NCBI GenBank assembly: GCA_965649295.1
Contig: CBFGKH010000002.1
Span: 96,001 to 160,000 of the forward strand
Reading direction: 5' to 3'
DNA: 64,000 bases
DNA from: a candidate division WOR-3 bacterium
GTDB lineage: Bacteria; Hydrothermota; Tepidihabitantia; Tepidihabitantales; Tepidihabitantaceae
How positions within the stretch are numbered: position 1 is the stretch's first letter; the number at the start of each line of letters is the position of its first letter. The notes under the pieces were generated by a model. The model saw only the letters and a program-made list of their open reading frames with translations. It did no database searches and had not been told where the DNA came from. A program made the position numbers and the translations under genes. Shown here piece after piece: positions 38,847 through 47,751 of the stretch.

Positions 38847-40295
38847 ATGAACCATCCTGCTGAACGGCGCTGGCGGGTGCTGCTAATCGAAGATGACAAG
38901 ATTGACCAAATGGCCTTCAAGCGATTCGTCCAAGAAGCCGGCTTGGCCTATGACTGTCGGTACGCCGGCTCGGTTGCCGAGGCCCGCAAAGCACTCGCAG
39001 ATGAGAAGTTCGATGTCGTCATCACCGACTACTCGCTCGGTGATGGCACGGCGTTTGATGTGGTCGAACTCTGCCACGGTATGCCGATTATCTTTACGAC
39101 CGGTGCCGGCGATGAGAGTGTGGCGGTGCGGGCGCTGAAGACCGGCGCCGCTGACTATTTGATCAAGGACCATGAGCGCCACTATCTGCAGGTACTGCCG
39201 GTGACCGTCGGCAACGCCATTCGCCGGATGCAGGCGGAAGAGCAGGTTCGCAAGCTCGAGCGGGCAATCGCCCAGAGTCCGGTGACAGTGGTTATTACCG
39301 ACGTCACGGGCAAGATTGAATATGTCAACCCCAAGTTCACCAGTCTGACTGGTTACAGCGTTGCCGAGGCGCTGGGGCAGAATCCGCGAATCCTCAAGTC
39401 GGGCGAGCATCCGGCCGAGTTCTACGAAGAGCTCTGGCGGACGATATCATCCGGGCAGGAATGGCGCGGCGAGTTCCACAATCGTAAGAAGAACGGCGAG
39501 CTGTTCTGGGAGCAGGCCTCAATCTCGCCGGTACGGAATCGCGATGGGGTTGTCACCCACTATGTTGCGGTAAAGGAAGATATCACTGAACGGAAACGGA
39601 TTGAGGCCGAGCGCGAGCGGCTAATCAGCGAGCTTGACGCCTTTGCCCATACGGTTGCCCATGACCTGAAGAACCCGCTCGGAGCGGTGCTGGGTTTTGC
39701 CGAGTTGCTCAACCTGGGCAGTAGTCAGTTGAGCGAGGAGGACAAGCGGCAGAGCATCGCTGCCATCGCCCAGGGCGCGCGCAAGATGCAAAGCATCATT
39801 GACGAGCTGCTGCTTCTGGCTGGCGTGCGCAAGGCCGAGGTTCGGCTCGAGCCGGTGGATATGGCAGCAGTCGTGGCCGGTGCCTGGGGCCGGCTCAGTC
39901 ACATGGCCAGCGAATACGCGCCGGAACTGCACCTGCCCAAAGAATGGCCGGTCGCGCTGGGTTATGGGCCGTGGCTGGAGGAAGTGTGGGCCAACTACCT
40001 GAGTAATGCTCTGAAGTACGGTGGCCGTCCGCCGCTGATTGAGGTCGGGGCCGATGTTGTTGGTGACCGCGTGCGGTTTTGGGTCAAGGACAACGGGCCG
40101 GGCATCAGCATCGAGGAGCAGCAGCGGCTCTTTCTGCCGTTCACTCGGCTGCACCAGGCGCGGGCGACTGGGCAGGGACTGGGGCTTTCGATCGTCCGGC
40201 GGATAATGGAGAAGCTCGGCGGCGAGGCTTGGGTGGAAAGCGAGCCAGGCAAAGGCAGTCGATTCGGATTCACCCTGCCGCGGGCTGGCAAGTGA
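38847..40295 (+). CDS. REC-PAS-histidine kinase
   Basis: LLIEDD, ITDYSLGDG, GAADYLIK; PAS-PAC; AHDLKNPL; ATG after GGAGG. Confidence 0.92.
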   Translation: MNHPAERRWRVLLIEDDKIDQMAFKRFVQEAGLAYDCRYAGSVAEARKALADEKFDVVITDYSLGDGTAFDVVELCHGMPIIFTTGAGDESVAVRALKTGAADYLIKDHERHYLQVLPVTVGNAIRRMQAEEQVRKLERAIAQSPVTVVITDVTGKIEYVNPKFTSLTGYSVAEALGQNPRILKSGEHPAEFYEELWRTISSGQEWRGEFHNRKKNGELFWEQASISPVRNRDGVVTHYVAVKEDITERKRIEAERERLISELDAFAHTVAHDLKNPLGAVLGFAELLNLGSSQLSEEDKRQSIAAIAQGARKMQSIIDELLLLAGVRKAEVRLEPVDMAAVVAGAWGRLSHMASEYAPELHLPKEWPVALGYGPWLEEVWANYLSNALKYGGRPPLIEVGADVVGDRVRFWVKDNGPGISIEEQQRLFLPFTRLHQARATGQGLGLSIVRRIMEKLGGEAWVESEPGKGSRFGFTLPRAGK

Positions 40296-40548
40296 CGACC
40301 GAATAGAGTCAGCAGCCGCCACGCCGAAGGCAGCAATCAAACCAAAACGACAAGCAGTGGCTAGGGCTGTCCGTTAGCCGAGTCAGCGGTGCTGGCTTGA
40401 CGATTTCACTTGACACTGCCGCACTGCCGGACTAATCTACAACTGACCGAAGGAGACCAAGTGCCAGTCAGGCAGCAATGGTGTCATCATCAAACCCGGA
40501 TACTCAAGGCCGGGCTAGTTGCGCTGATGCCCAAATGCAGGGGGGGAT

Positions 40549-43164
40549 ATGTCCGACGAGAATCAGCTCAAACTCCTCTTTATTGAAGATGACCGAATTG
40601 ACCAGCTAGCGTTTCAGCGCTTTCTGCGCGAGGCGCAACTGGATTATCGCTGTCGGATAGTGGCTTCGGTGGCCGAGGCTAAGGCCGAGCTGGCCACGGC
40701 GGCCTTTGACGTGATTGTCGCTGACTACCGGCTGCGCGACGGGACTGCATTTGAGATTCTGGCTGAGGCCGGAGCAACACCGGTGATTTTCGTCACCGGC
40801 TCGGGCTCGGAGGAGATTGCCGTGCGGGCGTTGCGGGCCGGCGCTGCTGACTATTTAGTCAAGGACCCGGCCGGCCGGTACCTGCAGTTGCTGCCGGCAA
40901 CGGTCGAGACTGCGGTCCGGCGGGCGGCTGAGGCCGAGCAGTTCCAGAAGATGACCCATGCGGTCGAGCAGAGTCCGGTGGGAGTGATGATTCTTGATGC
41001 GCTGGGCCGGGTTGAGTATGTCAACAGTCGCTATACAATGTTGACCGGCTACACGGCCGGTGAGGTGCTGGGCAAAGAGCCGCCGTTTCTGCTCTGTGAC
41101 CTGGAGCCACCGGAGTTGTATGACAGCATTCGGCAGGCGTTGCGCGAGCGCCAGAGTTGGACCGGTGAGATGCGCAATCGGCGCAAAGACGGCACAGTCT
41201 ATTGGGAGCAGCTCACCTTGTCGCCGTTCCACGGGCCGGACGGCGTGACGACGCACTTCATTCTGATTCGTGAAGACATCACCGAGCGGCGCGAGATGGA
41301 GCAGGCTCTGCGGGATAGTCGGGAGCGACTGCACCAGTTGCAGGAGAACGTGCCGGTGGGAATCTTTCAGACCACGCCAGACGGCCGTTTCCTCAGCGTC
41401 AATCGGACTGTAGTCGAGATGTTTGGGTACCGGTCGAAGGAAGAGTTGTTGCAAGTGCCGGTACGGGCGGTGTATGCGAATCCGGATGAGCGGGGTGATG
41501 TAATCGGCCGATTGAATAGTGCGGGTGCGGTGGAAAATGTTGAGCTTCTGTTGCGGCGACGGGATGGCAGTACTTTCACGGGGCTGTTTAGTGCGCGGGT
41601 GGTGTTGGGTGACGATGGCGAGCCGGACCACTATGACGGGATGTTGCAGGATATCACCGCGCGGAAGCGAGCCGAGCAGCGAATCCGCGACCAAGAGCGG
41701 AATTTCCATGCCTTGGCTGAGAACTCGCATGACGGGATTGCGATTGTCGGCACCGATGGTCTGATTCTGTATGCCAATCGCCGGAGCCGGGAGCTGACCG
41801 GTTTTTCGGCAAGGGAGCTGGTGGGCCGGCATTTTTCTGAGCTGGTGCCGCCGGAGTCGCAGCCAGAGTTGCTTGAGCGGTTCCGCAATCGGCTGGCGGG
41901 TAAGCCCGAGCCGAATGAGTACGAGCTGGAGCTGGTTGGTCGGAATGGCGAGCGCCGGCCAGTGGAGCTGGCAGCAGCCTTGACTGTTTGGGAGGGCAGG
42001 CCGGCGGTCATCTTTTCGCTGCGGGATGTGAGTGAGCGTAAGCGGCATGAGGCGGAGCGGGCCGACCGCGAGGCGAGGCTGCGCTTGCTGGTTGAGCAGA
42101 TGCCGGCAGTGCTCTGGACTACCGATTGCGAGCTGCGGTTCACTTCTTCGACCGGCTCGGCGCTGAAGCAACTGGGGCTGCAGCCGGGCGAGGTAGTGGG
42201 TAAGCCGCTGGCTGAGTATTTCGGGACAACTGATGAGCAGCATCCGGCGATTGTTGCTCATCGGCGGGCTTTGGCCGGCGAGCAGGCCCGTTATGTGTTG
42301 GAGATGGACGGCGTCGCCTTTGATAGTGTAGTGGAGCCGTTGCGTGATGCGGCTGGTAAGATTATCGGTGTTATCGGTGTTGCGCAGGATATTACTGAGT
42401 TGCGCCAAGCTGAGAATGCCCGCATGCGGCTGATTGACGAGCTTGATGCATTTGCCCATACGGTTGCGCACGACTTGAAGAATCCGCTGACAGCCGTGAC
42501 CGGGTTTTGCGAGTTCTTGCGGTGGGAGGGATCGAAGAGTGTTGACGAGCAGACTGCTGATTGTCTGCGGCAGATTGCCCTGAATGCGGCTCGGATGCAG
42601 AACATTATTGATGAGTTGCTACTTTTGGCCGGGGTGCGCAAGGCCGAGGTAAAGCCGGGGATTGTCGAAATGGGGCCGATTGTCGAACGGGCTTGGGAGC
42701 GGTTGCAGTATCTGGCCGACGAGCACCAGCCCCAGTTGATTTTGCCGGCGGAGTGGCCGGCTGCTGTTGGCTACGGCCCGTGGTTGGAAGAGGTCTGGAC
42801 GAACTATCTGAGTAACGCGATGAAGTACGGTGGCCGGCCGCCCCGGATCGAGGTTGGCGCTGAGGTGCTGGCCGAGCAGGTGCGGTTCTGGGTGCAGGAT
42901 AACGGGCCGGGCATCAGTAAGGAGGACCAGGCCAAGCTCTTCTTGCCGTTTACTCGGCTCCATCAGGCGCGGGCAACCGGCCATGGTTTGGGACTGTCAA
43001 TCGTGCGCCGGATAATGGAGAAGCTCGGCGGTGAGGCTTGGGTTGAGAGCGAGCCGGGTAAGGGGAGCCGATTTGGTTTTTCTTTGCCGCGGCCGACCAC
43101 GGCGATCGCCGTGTCTTGTGGCAGTTTGCAGGCCGGGGCGCTCGCGACCGGGCTGACCAAGTAG
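40549..43164 (+). CDS. REC-(PAS)4-histidine kinase
   Basis: FIEDD, VADYRLRDG, four PAS/PAC units, AHDLKNPL, DNGPGI, GLGLSIV. Confidence 0.92.
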   Translation: MSDENQLKLLFIEDDRIDQLAFQRFLREAQLDYRCRIVASVAEAKAELATAAFDVIVADYRLRDGTAFEILAEAGATPVIFVTGSGSEEIAVRALRAGAADYLVKDPAGRYLQLLPATVETAVRRAAEAEQFQKMTHAVEQSPVGVMILDALGRVEYVNSRYTMLTGYTAGEVLGKEPPFLLCDLEPPELYDSIRQALRERQSWTGEMRNRRKDGTVYWEQLTLSPFHGPDGVTTHFILIREDITERREMEQALRDSRERLHQLQENVPVGIFQTTPDGRFLSVNRTVVEMFGYRSKEELLQVPVRAVYANPDERGDVIGRLNSAGAVENVELLLRRRDGSTFTGLFSARVVLGDDGEPDHYDGMLQDITARKRAEQRIRDQERNFHALAENSHDGIAIVGTDGLILYANRRSRELTGFSARELVGRHFSELVPPESQPELLERFRNRLAGKPEPNEYELELVGRNGERRPVELAAALTVWEGRPAVIFSLRDVSERKRHEAERADREARLRLLVEQMPAVLWTTDCELRFTSSTGSALKQLGLQPGEVVGKPLAEYFGTTDEQHPAIVAHRRALAGEQARYVLEMDGVAFDSVVEPLRDAAGKIIGVIGVAQDITELRQAENARMRLIDELDAFAHTVAHDLKNPLTAVTGFCEFLRWEGSKSVDEQTADCLRQIALNAARMQNIIDELLLLAGVRKAEVKPGIVEMGPIVERAWERLQYLADEHQPQLILPAEWPAAVGYGPWLEEVWTNYLSNAMKYGGRPPRIEVGAEVLAEQVRFWVQDNGPGISKEDQAKLFLPFTRLHQARATGHGLGLSIVRRIMEKLGGEAWVESEPGKGSRFGFSLPRPTTAIAVSCGSLQAGALATGLTK

Positions 43165-43204
43165 CAGCGCGTGACCAGGCCGCGGCCTGGTGCTAGACTC
43201 TGTT

Positions 43205-44029
43205 GTGCCGTTCCTTGTTGACATCCTCGCTTTGGCAGTTGTTTCCTTGACAGTTGCGCTGGAGGCAAGGCGGGGCTTGTTCTGGGCCTTAGCCGACGTT
43301 CTGCGGATATTGCTGGCACTGGTCCTGGGCTTGGCCGCTTACTCGCTTGGCCACCGGCTGACCAGTAGTTACGAAGTGGGGTTTGTGGCCTTGGCAGTTG
43401 TCACCTTGCTGGTGGTGGTGCTCATTCCGCTGGCGCTGCGGCTGCTCAAACTGGACCCGGCCTGGGGTAGGAGCGGAGCAGGACGGATTGGCGGTGGCCT
43501 GATTGGTGCTGGTATCGGGATAGTGATTGTGCTCAGTTTTGCGGTCGTCGGCCATCAGATGCGGGGGCTGGGGCCGGCAATTGGCGGCTCGTGGTCGGGT
43601 GCGGCAGCGCTGGACGCATCGCCGGTCTTTTACTACTTGGCCGATGCCTTTGATATTGACATGCCGATGCTCAATCGGCGGGCGCGGCGGTTTGAGGACG
43701 AGGGATCGCTGGAACGGGCCACGCTGGTTGACCGCATCAACTACTCGCGTTTCGACGGTGCGACCTGTATCGAGTGCCGGGGCCGGGTGCGCTTTGCCGG
43801 TTACCATCGGCGGTTTGCTGTTGCGGTCTCGCCCCGGTTTGTTTGCCGGCGGTGCGGCCGGACTTCGGACGGCTGCCAGACCTTTGAGGCGTTTCATCGG
43901 ATGTACGGCCGCTGTCCGGTTGAGGTGGCGGCGCGGCTGGGGCCGATTGATTGCGGGGTCTGGCCTAATGACCGGCCGGTCTATCCGAATGGAACCTGTC
44001 CGGTCTGCGGTCGGGCGCTAGTGCGCTGA
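43205..44029 (+). CDS. CvpA-like membrane protein with Cys-rich C-terminal domain
   Basis: N-terminal TMs with RRGL and RIGGGLIG; CIEC, CRRC..SDGC, CP, DCG and CPVC. Confidence 0.65.
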   Translation: MPFLVDILALAVVSLTVALEARRGLFWALADVLRILLALVLGLAAYSLGHRLTSSYEVGFVALAVVTLLVVVLIPLALRLLKLDPAWGRSGAGRIGGGLIGAGIGIVIVLSFAVVGHQMRGLGPAIGGSWSGAAALDASPVFYYLADAFDIDMPMLNRRARRFEDEGSLERATLVDRINYSRFDGATCIECRGRVRFAGYHRRFAVAVSPRFVCRRCGRTSDGCQTFEAFHRMYGRCPVEVAARLGPIDCGVWPNDRPVYPNGTCPVCGRALVR

Positions 44030-45004
44030 CCGTTGGTCTTTGGCGATGAGCCGGTCGAAATCGGGGGTGGTGAGGATGCTTTCGGTGGCGGTGACGAGCA
44101 TGGCGGGGATGCCTTGCTGCTGGAGCAGGGGCAGGGCTTTGGGTCCGAGAATGAAGAGGACCTTGGACCAGCACTGGGCGAGTGTCGGGTCGGCCATGAC
44201 CACGGTGCTGCTGGCGCTGCCTTGGGCTGGCCAGCCGGTGCGCGGGTCAATGATGTGGCAACAGCGGGTGCTGTCCGGGCCGAAGCAGTAGCGTTCGTAG
44301 TCACCCGAGGTCACGACTGCCTGATTGGTCACCGCGAGGGTGGCAATCAGCGTGTCGGCGCGGGGCGAGCGGATGCCAACCCGCCAGTGCCGGTCACCCT
44401 TGCGGCCGATGGCAAAGACATCGCCGCCGATGTCAATGATTGCCGAGTCAACGCCGGCAGCACGGAGCACTTGGGCCGCGGCAGCTAGGGCATAGCCTTT
44501 GGCCACGCCGCCAAGGTCAATGGTGACATCGGGCCGCAGCTTGACCAAGGTGTCGCCGCGAAACGCAAGTGCGCCGTAGCCGACAAGCTGGCGGCAGGAG
44601 TCAATTGCGGCCCGGTCAGGGACGGCCGGGTGCCCGCTGTAGAATCCCCAAAGTCGGACCAGTGGCTCGACGGTGATGTCAAAGACGCCGTCGGAGAGCT
44701 CGCTGACCCTGAGTGCGCCGCGGACAACGGAGACGATTTCGGAATCGTGCAGTGGCTCGCCATACTGGTTGAAGCGAAAGAGCGGACTCGTGCTGTCGAG
44801 ATGGTTGAATCGGTGGTTTGTGGAGTCGAGCCGGGCAAAGGCCAGTTCGATTGCCTGGTCAGCTTGGCGGCGGGGTGCAAAGGTAGTAATCGTCACATAG
44901 GTATCAAAGAGCAGGCGGGTGGAACGGCGCAGCGTCGGCTGTCGCTCGTTGCAGGCGCTGGTCAGGCAGAGTCCCAAGAGCAGTAGCCGACAATAAGATT
45001 TCAC
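44018..45004 (-). CDS. apbE: FAD:protein FMN transferase (lipoprotein)
   Basis: Lipobox TSAC, GVFDITV.PL, DLGGVAKGY, TSGDYER, HIIDPRTG. Confidence 0.93.
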   Translation of the reverse strand: MKSYCRLLLLGLCLTSACNERQPTLRRSTRLLFDTYVTITTFAPRRQADQAIELAFARLDSTNHRFNHLDSTSPLFRFNQYGEPLHDSEIVSVVRGALRVSELSDGVFDITVEPLVRLWGFYSGHPAVPDRAAIDSCRQLVGYGALAFRGDTLVKLRPDVTIDLGGVAKGYALAAAAQVLRAAGVDSAIIDIGGDVFAIGRKGDRHWRVGIRSPRADTLIATLAVTNQAVVTSGDYERYCFGPDSTRCCHIIDPRTGWPAQGSASSTVVMADPTLAQCWSKVLFILGPKALPLLQQQGIPAMLVTATESILTTPDFDRLIAKDQRSAH

Positions 45005-45085
45005 CGGCTGAAGTTAGTCGCGGCTACGGCTAGAGTCAAGCGGTCCAGACTTGCCAAGTCGAGGCCGGTGGTGATAATCTCGGCG

Positions 45086-46225
45086 GTGAGCAGCAGTAGC
45101 GTTGAGCAGTTGCGACGGCTCATGCCGGTGACCCAGCGACTGGTCTATCTGAACCACGCCTCGACCGGGCCGCTGCCGGCAACTGCGGTGGTGGCGATTA
45201 CCGCTTTTGCCGAGCGGGCCAGCCAGGAAGGCCAGGTGCCTTATGCGGATGCAGAGGCGATAGTAGAGGAGACGCGGGCCCGGCTGGCACGGCTGCTGCA
45301 CGTCGAACCGTCTGAGATTGCCTTCACCAAGAACACGTCGGCTGGGGTGTTGATTGCTATTGGCTCGCTCGAATGGCAGGCCGGCGACAATGTCGTATTG
45401 ATGCGCGACGACTTTCCGACTGTCACCTATCCGTTTGAACTTGTCCTGCCCGAGGTCGAGCGCCGTTATGTGACGAGCGCGGCACTCTGCGCCGACATTG
45501 GCGCGGCCCTGCGCTTGGTTGATAGCCGGACCCGGGCAGTGGCAGTGTCGTGGGTGCACTTTCTGACCGGCCGGCGCAATGACATTCGTACGCTCTGTCA
45601 GGAGTGCCGGGAGCGGGGGGTGACGACGATTATTGACGCGATTCAGGGCATCGGCGCGGTTGACCTCGACTGGAGCCAGGTGGCGGCAGACTTTGTGGTC
45701 AGTCATGGTGCCAAGTGGCTGCTTGGGCCGCAGGGCAGCGGGTTTCTCTTGGTGCGGCCAGCGACGCTGGGGCGGCTGCGGCGGTGCAACCTGGGCTGGC
45801 TTTCCTGCGAGTGGCAGGAGTTCAACGACATTTTCAGTCCGAAACCGCTCAAGGCGGGTGCGGCCCGTTACGAGGAAGGGACAAAGAACTATCTCGGTAT
45901 CGCTGGGCTGGGAGCCAGTCTCGCGCTCTTTCATGAGTTTGGCATCGCGGCAGTGGCTGAGCGGGTGCGCCGGCTGGCCGGAATGGTGCGCGAGCGGTTC
46001 GAACAGGCCGGCTACGAGGTGGTGACACCGGCTGAGCCGGAGCGCAGCGCTGGCATCATTACTGCCCGCAAGCCGGGAACCGATGCAAGCGCAGTCTTTG
46101 CCCGACTGGTGAGGGCAGGCTGTGCTTGCTCCTTGCGCGAGGGGATGCTGCGGGTCGCGCCCCATTTCTACAACACCGAGGCGGAGATTGACCGGTTCAT
46201 GACGGTCGTGGCCGATGAGCGGTAA
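45086..46225 (+). CDS. Class V PLP-dependent aminotransferase
   Basis: YLNHASTGP, IDAIQ, HGAKWLLGPQG, YEEGT, RVAPHFYNT. Confidence 0.9.
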   Translation: MSSSSVEQLRRLMPVTQRLVYLNHASTGPLPATAVVAITAFAERASQEGQVPYADAEAIVEETRARLARLLHVEPSEIAFTKNTSAGVLIAIGSLEWQAGDNVVLMRDDFPTVTYPFELVLPEVERRYVTSAALCADIGAALRLVDSRTRAVAVSWVHFLTGRRNDIRTLCQECRERGVTTIIDAIQGIGAVDLDWSQVAADFVVSHGAKWLLGPQGSGFLLVRPATLGRLRRCNLGWLSCEWQEFNDIFSPKPLKAGAARYEEGTKNYLGIAGLGASLALFHEFGIAAVAERVRRLAGMVRERFEQAGYEVVTPAEPERSAGIITARKPGTDASAVFARLVRAGCACSLREGMLRVAPHFYNTEAEIDRFMTVVADER

Positions 46226-46991
46226 AGGCGTCACTATCAGCCTCGATAGCAGGGTGGCACTGGTGACCGGTGGGTCGCGCGGCCTGGGGCGGGCTGCAGC
46301 GCTCCTTTTGGCCCGGGCCGGGGCCGATGTGGCGATCAGCTATCATCGCAATACCCGGGCGGCAAAGCTGGTGGTTGACGAGTGCTGTGGCCTGGGCAGC
46401 AGGGCGATTGCGGTGCGGGCTGATATGGCGCAAAGCGGACAGGTAAGAAGGCTTGTCCAGACGACAGTTCAGCAGCTTGGACGACTCGACATCCTTGTCG
46501 CCAATGCCGGTATCTGGAATGAGGCGGCGATTGAGCGAATGAGCGACCAGCGGCTCGAAGAAATGCTGGCGGTCAACCTCAAGGGTGTGTTCTGGTCTCT
46601 GCGGGCCGCTGTACCGGTGATGAAGCGGCAGGGCTATGGCCGGATAATTCTCGTCTCGTCAACCGCTGGGCAGCGGGGCGAGGCGTTCCACTCGCACTAT
46701 GCTGCCAGCAAGGGCGCAATCATCGCCTTGACCAAGTCACTCGCGCCGGAACTGGCCGCGCACAACATTCTCGTCAACTGTATCGCGCCGGGCTGGTTTG
46801 ATACTGACATGAGCAAGCCAACCCTGGCCGTGCCGCGGCTGCGGCGCTGGGTGCTTGACTCCATCCCTTTGGGCCGGGTCGGTCGGCCCGATGAGTTTGC
46901 CGGCGCGGTGCTCTTTCTGGCATCAGACCTGGCGACCTTCATCACTGGCGAGATTCTGAACGTCAACGGCGGAGCAGTGCTTGTCGGCTAG
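46215..46991 (+). CDS. SDR family oxidoreductase (FabG-like)
   Basis: TGGSRGLG, NAG, YAASK. Confidence 0.92.
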   Translation: MSGKGVTISLDSRVALVTGGSRGLGRAAALLLARAGADVAISYHRNTRAAKLVVDECCGLGSRAIAVRADMAQSGQVRRLVQTTVQQLGRLDILVANAGIWNEAAIERMSDQRLEEMLAVNLKGVFWSLRAAVPVMKRQGYGRIILVSSTAGQRGEAFHSHYAASKGAIIALTKSLAPELAAHNILVNCIAPGWFDTDMSKPTLAVPRLRRWVLDSIPLGRVGRPDEFAGAVLFLASDLATFITGEILNVNGGAVLVG

Positions 46992-47751
46992 GACCGGCTC
47001 AGGACGAGGCCCGACTGCCGGCGAGCGGCTGGGCATCGTCATCACCGCGACGATTATCGTCGGTTTCATCGTTGTCTTTCTGGTCGCGGGTCGGCCGATC
47101 GTTCACTATTTCCGGCATCCTGATGAGCTGCGGCTTTTAGTGCGAAGCTGGGGCGCTTGGGCGCCACTGGGCATCGTTGTGTTCCAGATGCTGCAGGTGA
47201 TTGTGGCACCACTGCCCGGTAACGCGATGTCGTTTGCGGCCGGCTATGCGTTTGGGGTCTGGCCGACGATTCTCTGGCTGATGTTTGGGGTGATACTGGG
47301 CGCGACAGTTGACTTTCTTTTGGTGCGGCTGGTCGGTCGGCAGGTGCTCCGGTTCTTTATCGCTGAGGAGCGGCTGGCGCGGCTTGATGCGGTGGTGCTG
47401 CGGCGCGGGACCTTCTATATCTTCCTGCTGCTGCTTGTGCCCAATCCGGTTGGCGATTGGGTCTATTATCTTGCCGGGCTGACTTCGATGCCGCTACTGC
47501 TCTTCTGGGGCTTGGTTCTGGTTGCCCGGCTGCCGTCGAATCTGCTCGAATGCTGGGTTGGCTCGACTGCTACCGGTTTTGGCTGGCGCGAGTGGGTGAT
47601 ACTGGCCGCAGTAGTTGGGGCACTGGCGCTCCTCTACTATCAGTTCCATGACCGAATCGAGTCCCTGCTTGACCGCATCACCGCGCAGCGGCTGAAGAAG
47701 AGCCGCCGGCAGCAAGCCGGCGGCCCGAATCAGAACGAGTCTCAGGCCTAG
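46981..47751 (+). CDS. TVP38/TMEM64 (DedA/VTT) membrane protein
   Basis: LQVIVAPLPG..AAGYAFG, D.VYYLAGLT. Confidence 0.88.
   Translation: MSARTGSGRGPTAGERLGIVITATIIVGFIVVFLVAGRPIVHYFRHPDELRLLVRSWGAWAPLGIVVFQMLQVIVAPLPGNAMSFAAGYAFGVWPTILWLMFGVILGATVDFLLVRLVGRQVLRFFIAEERLARLDAVVLRRGTFYIFLLLLVPNPVGDWVYYLAGLTSMPLLLFWGLVLVARLPSNLLECWVGSTATGFGWREWVILAAVVGALALLYYQFHDRIESLLDRITAQRLKKSRRQQAGGPNQNESQA

Noticed and set aside
40855..42471. 538-aa antisense ORF and similar long shadow ORFs (11441-12223, 12617-13585, 45014-46234, 32299-33033)
   Set aside because: They lie opposite well-supported genes and are expected from GC-rich codon bias.
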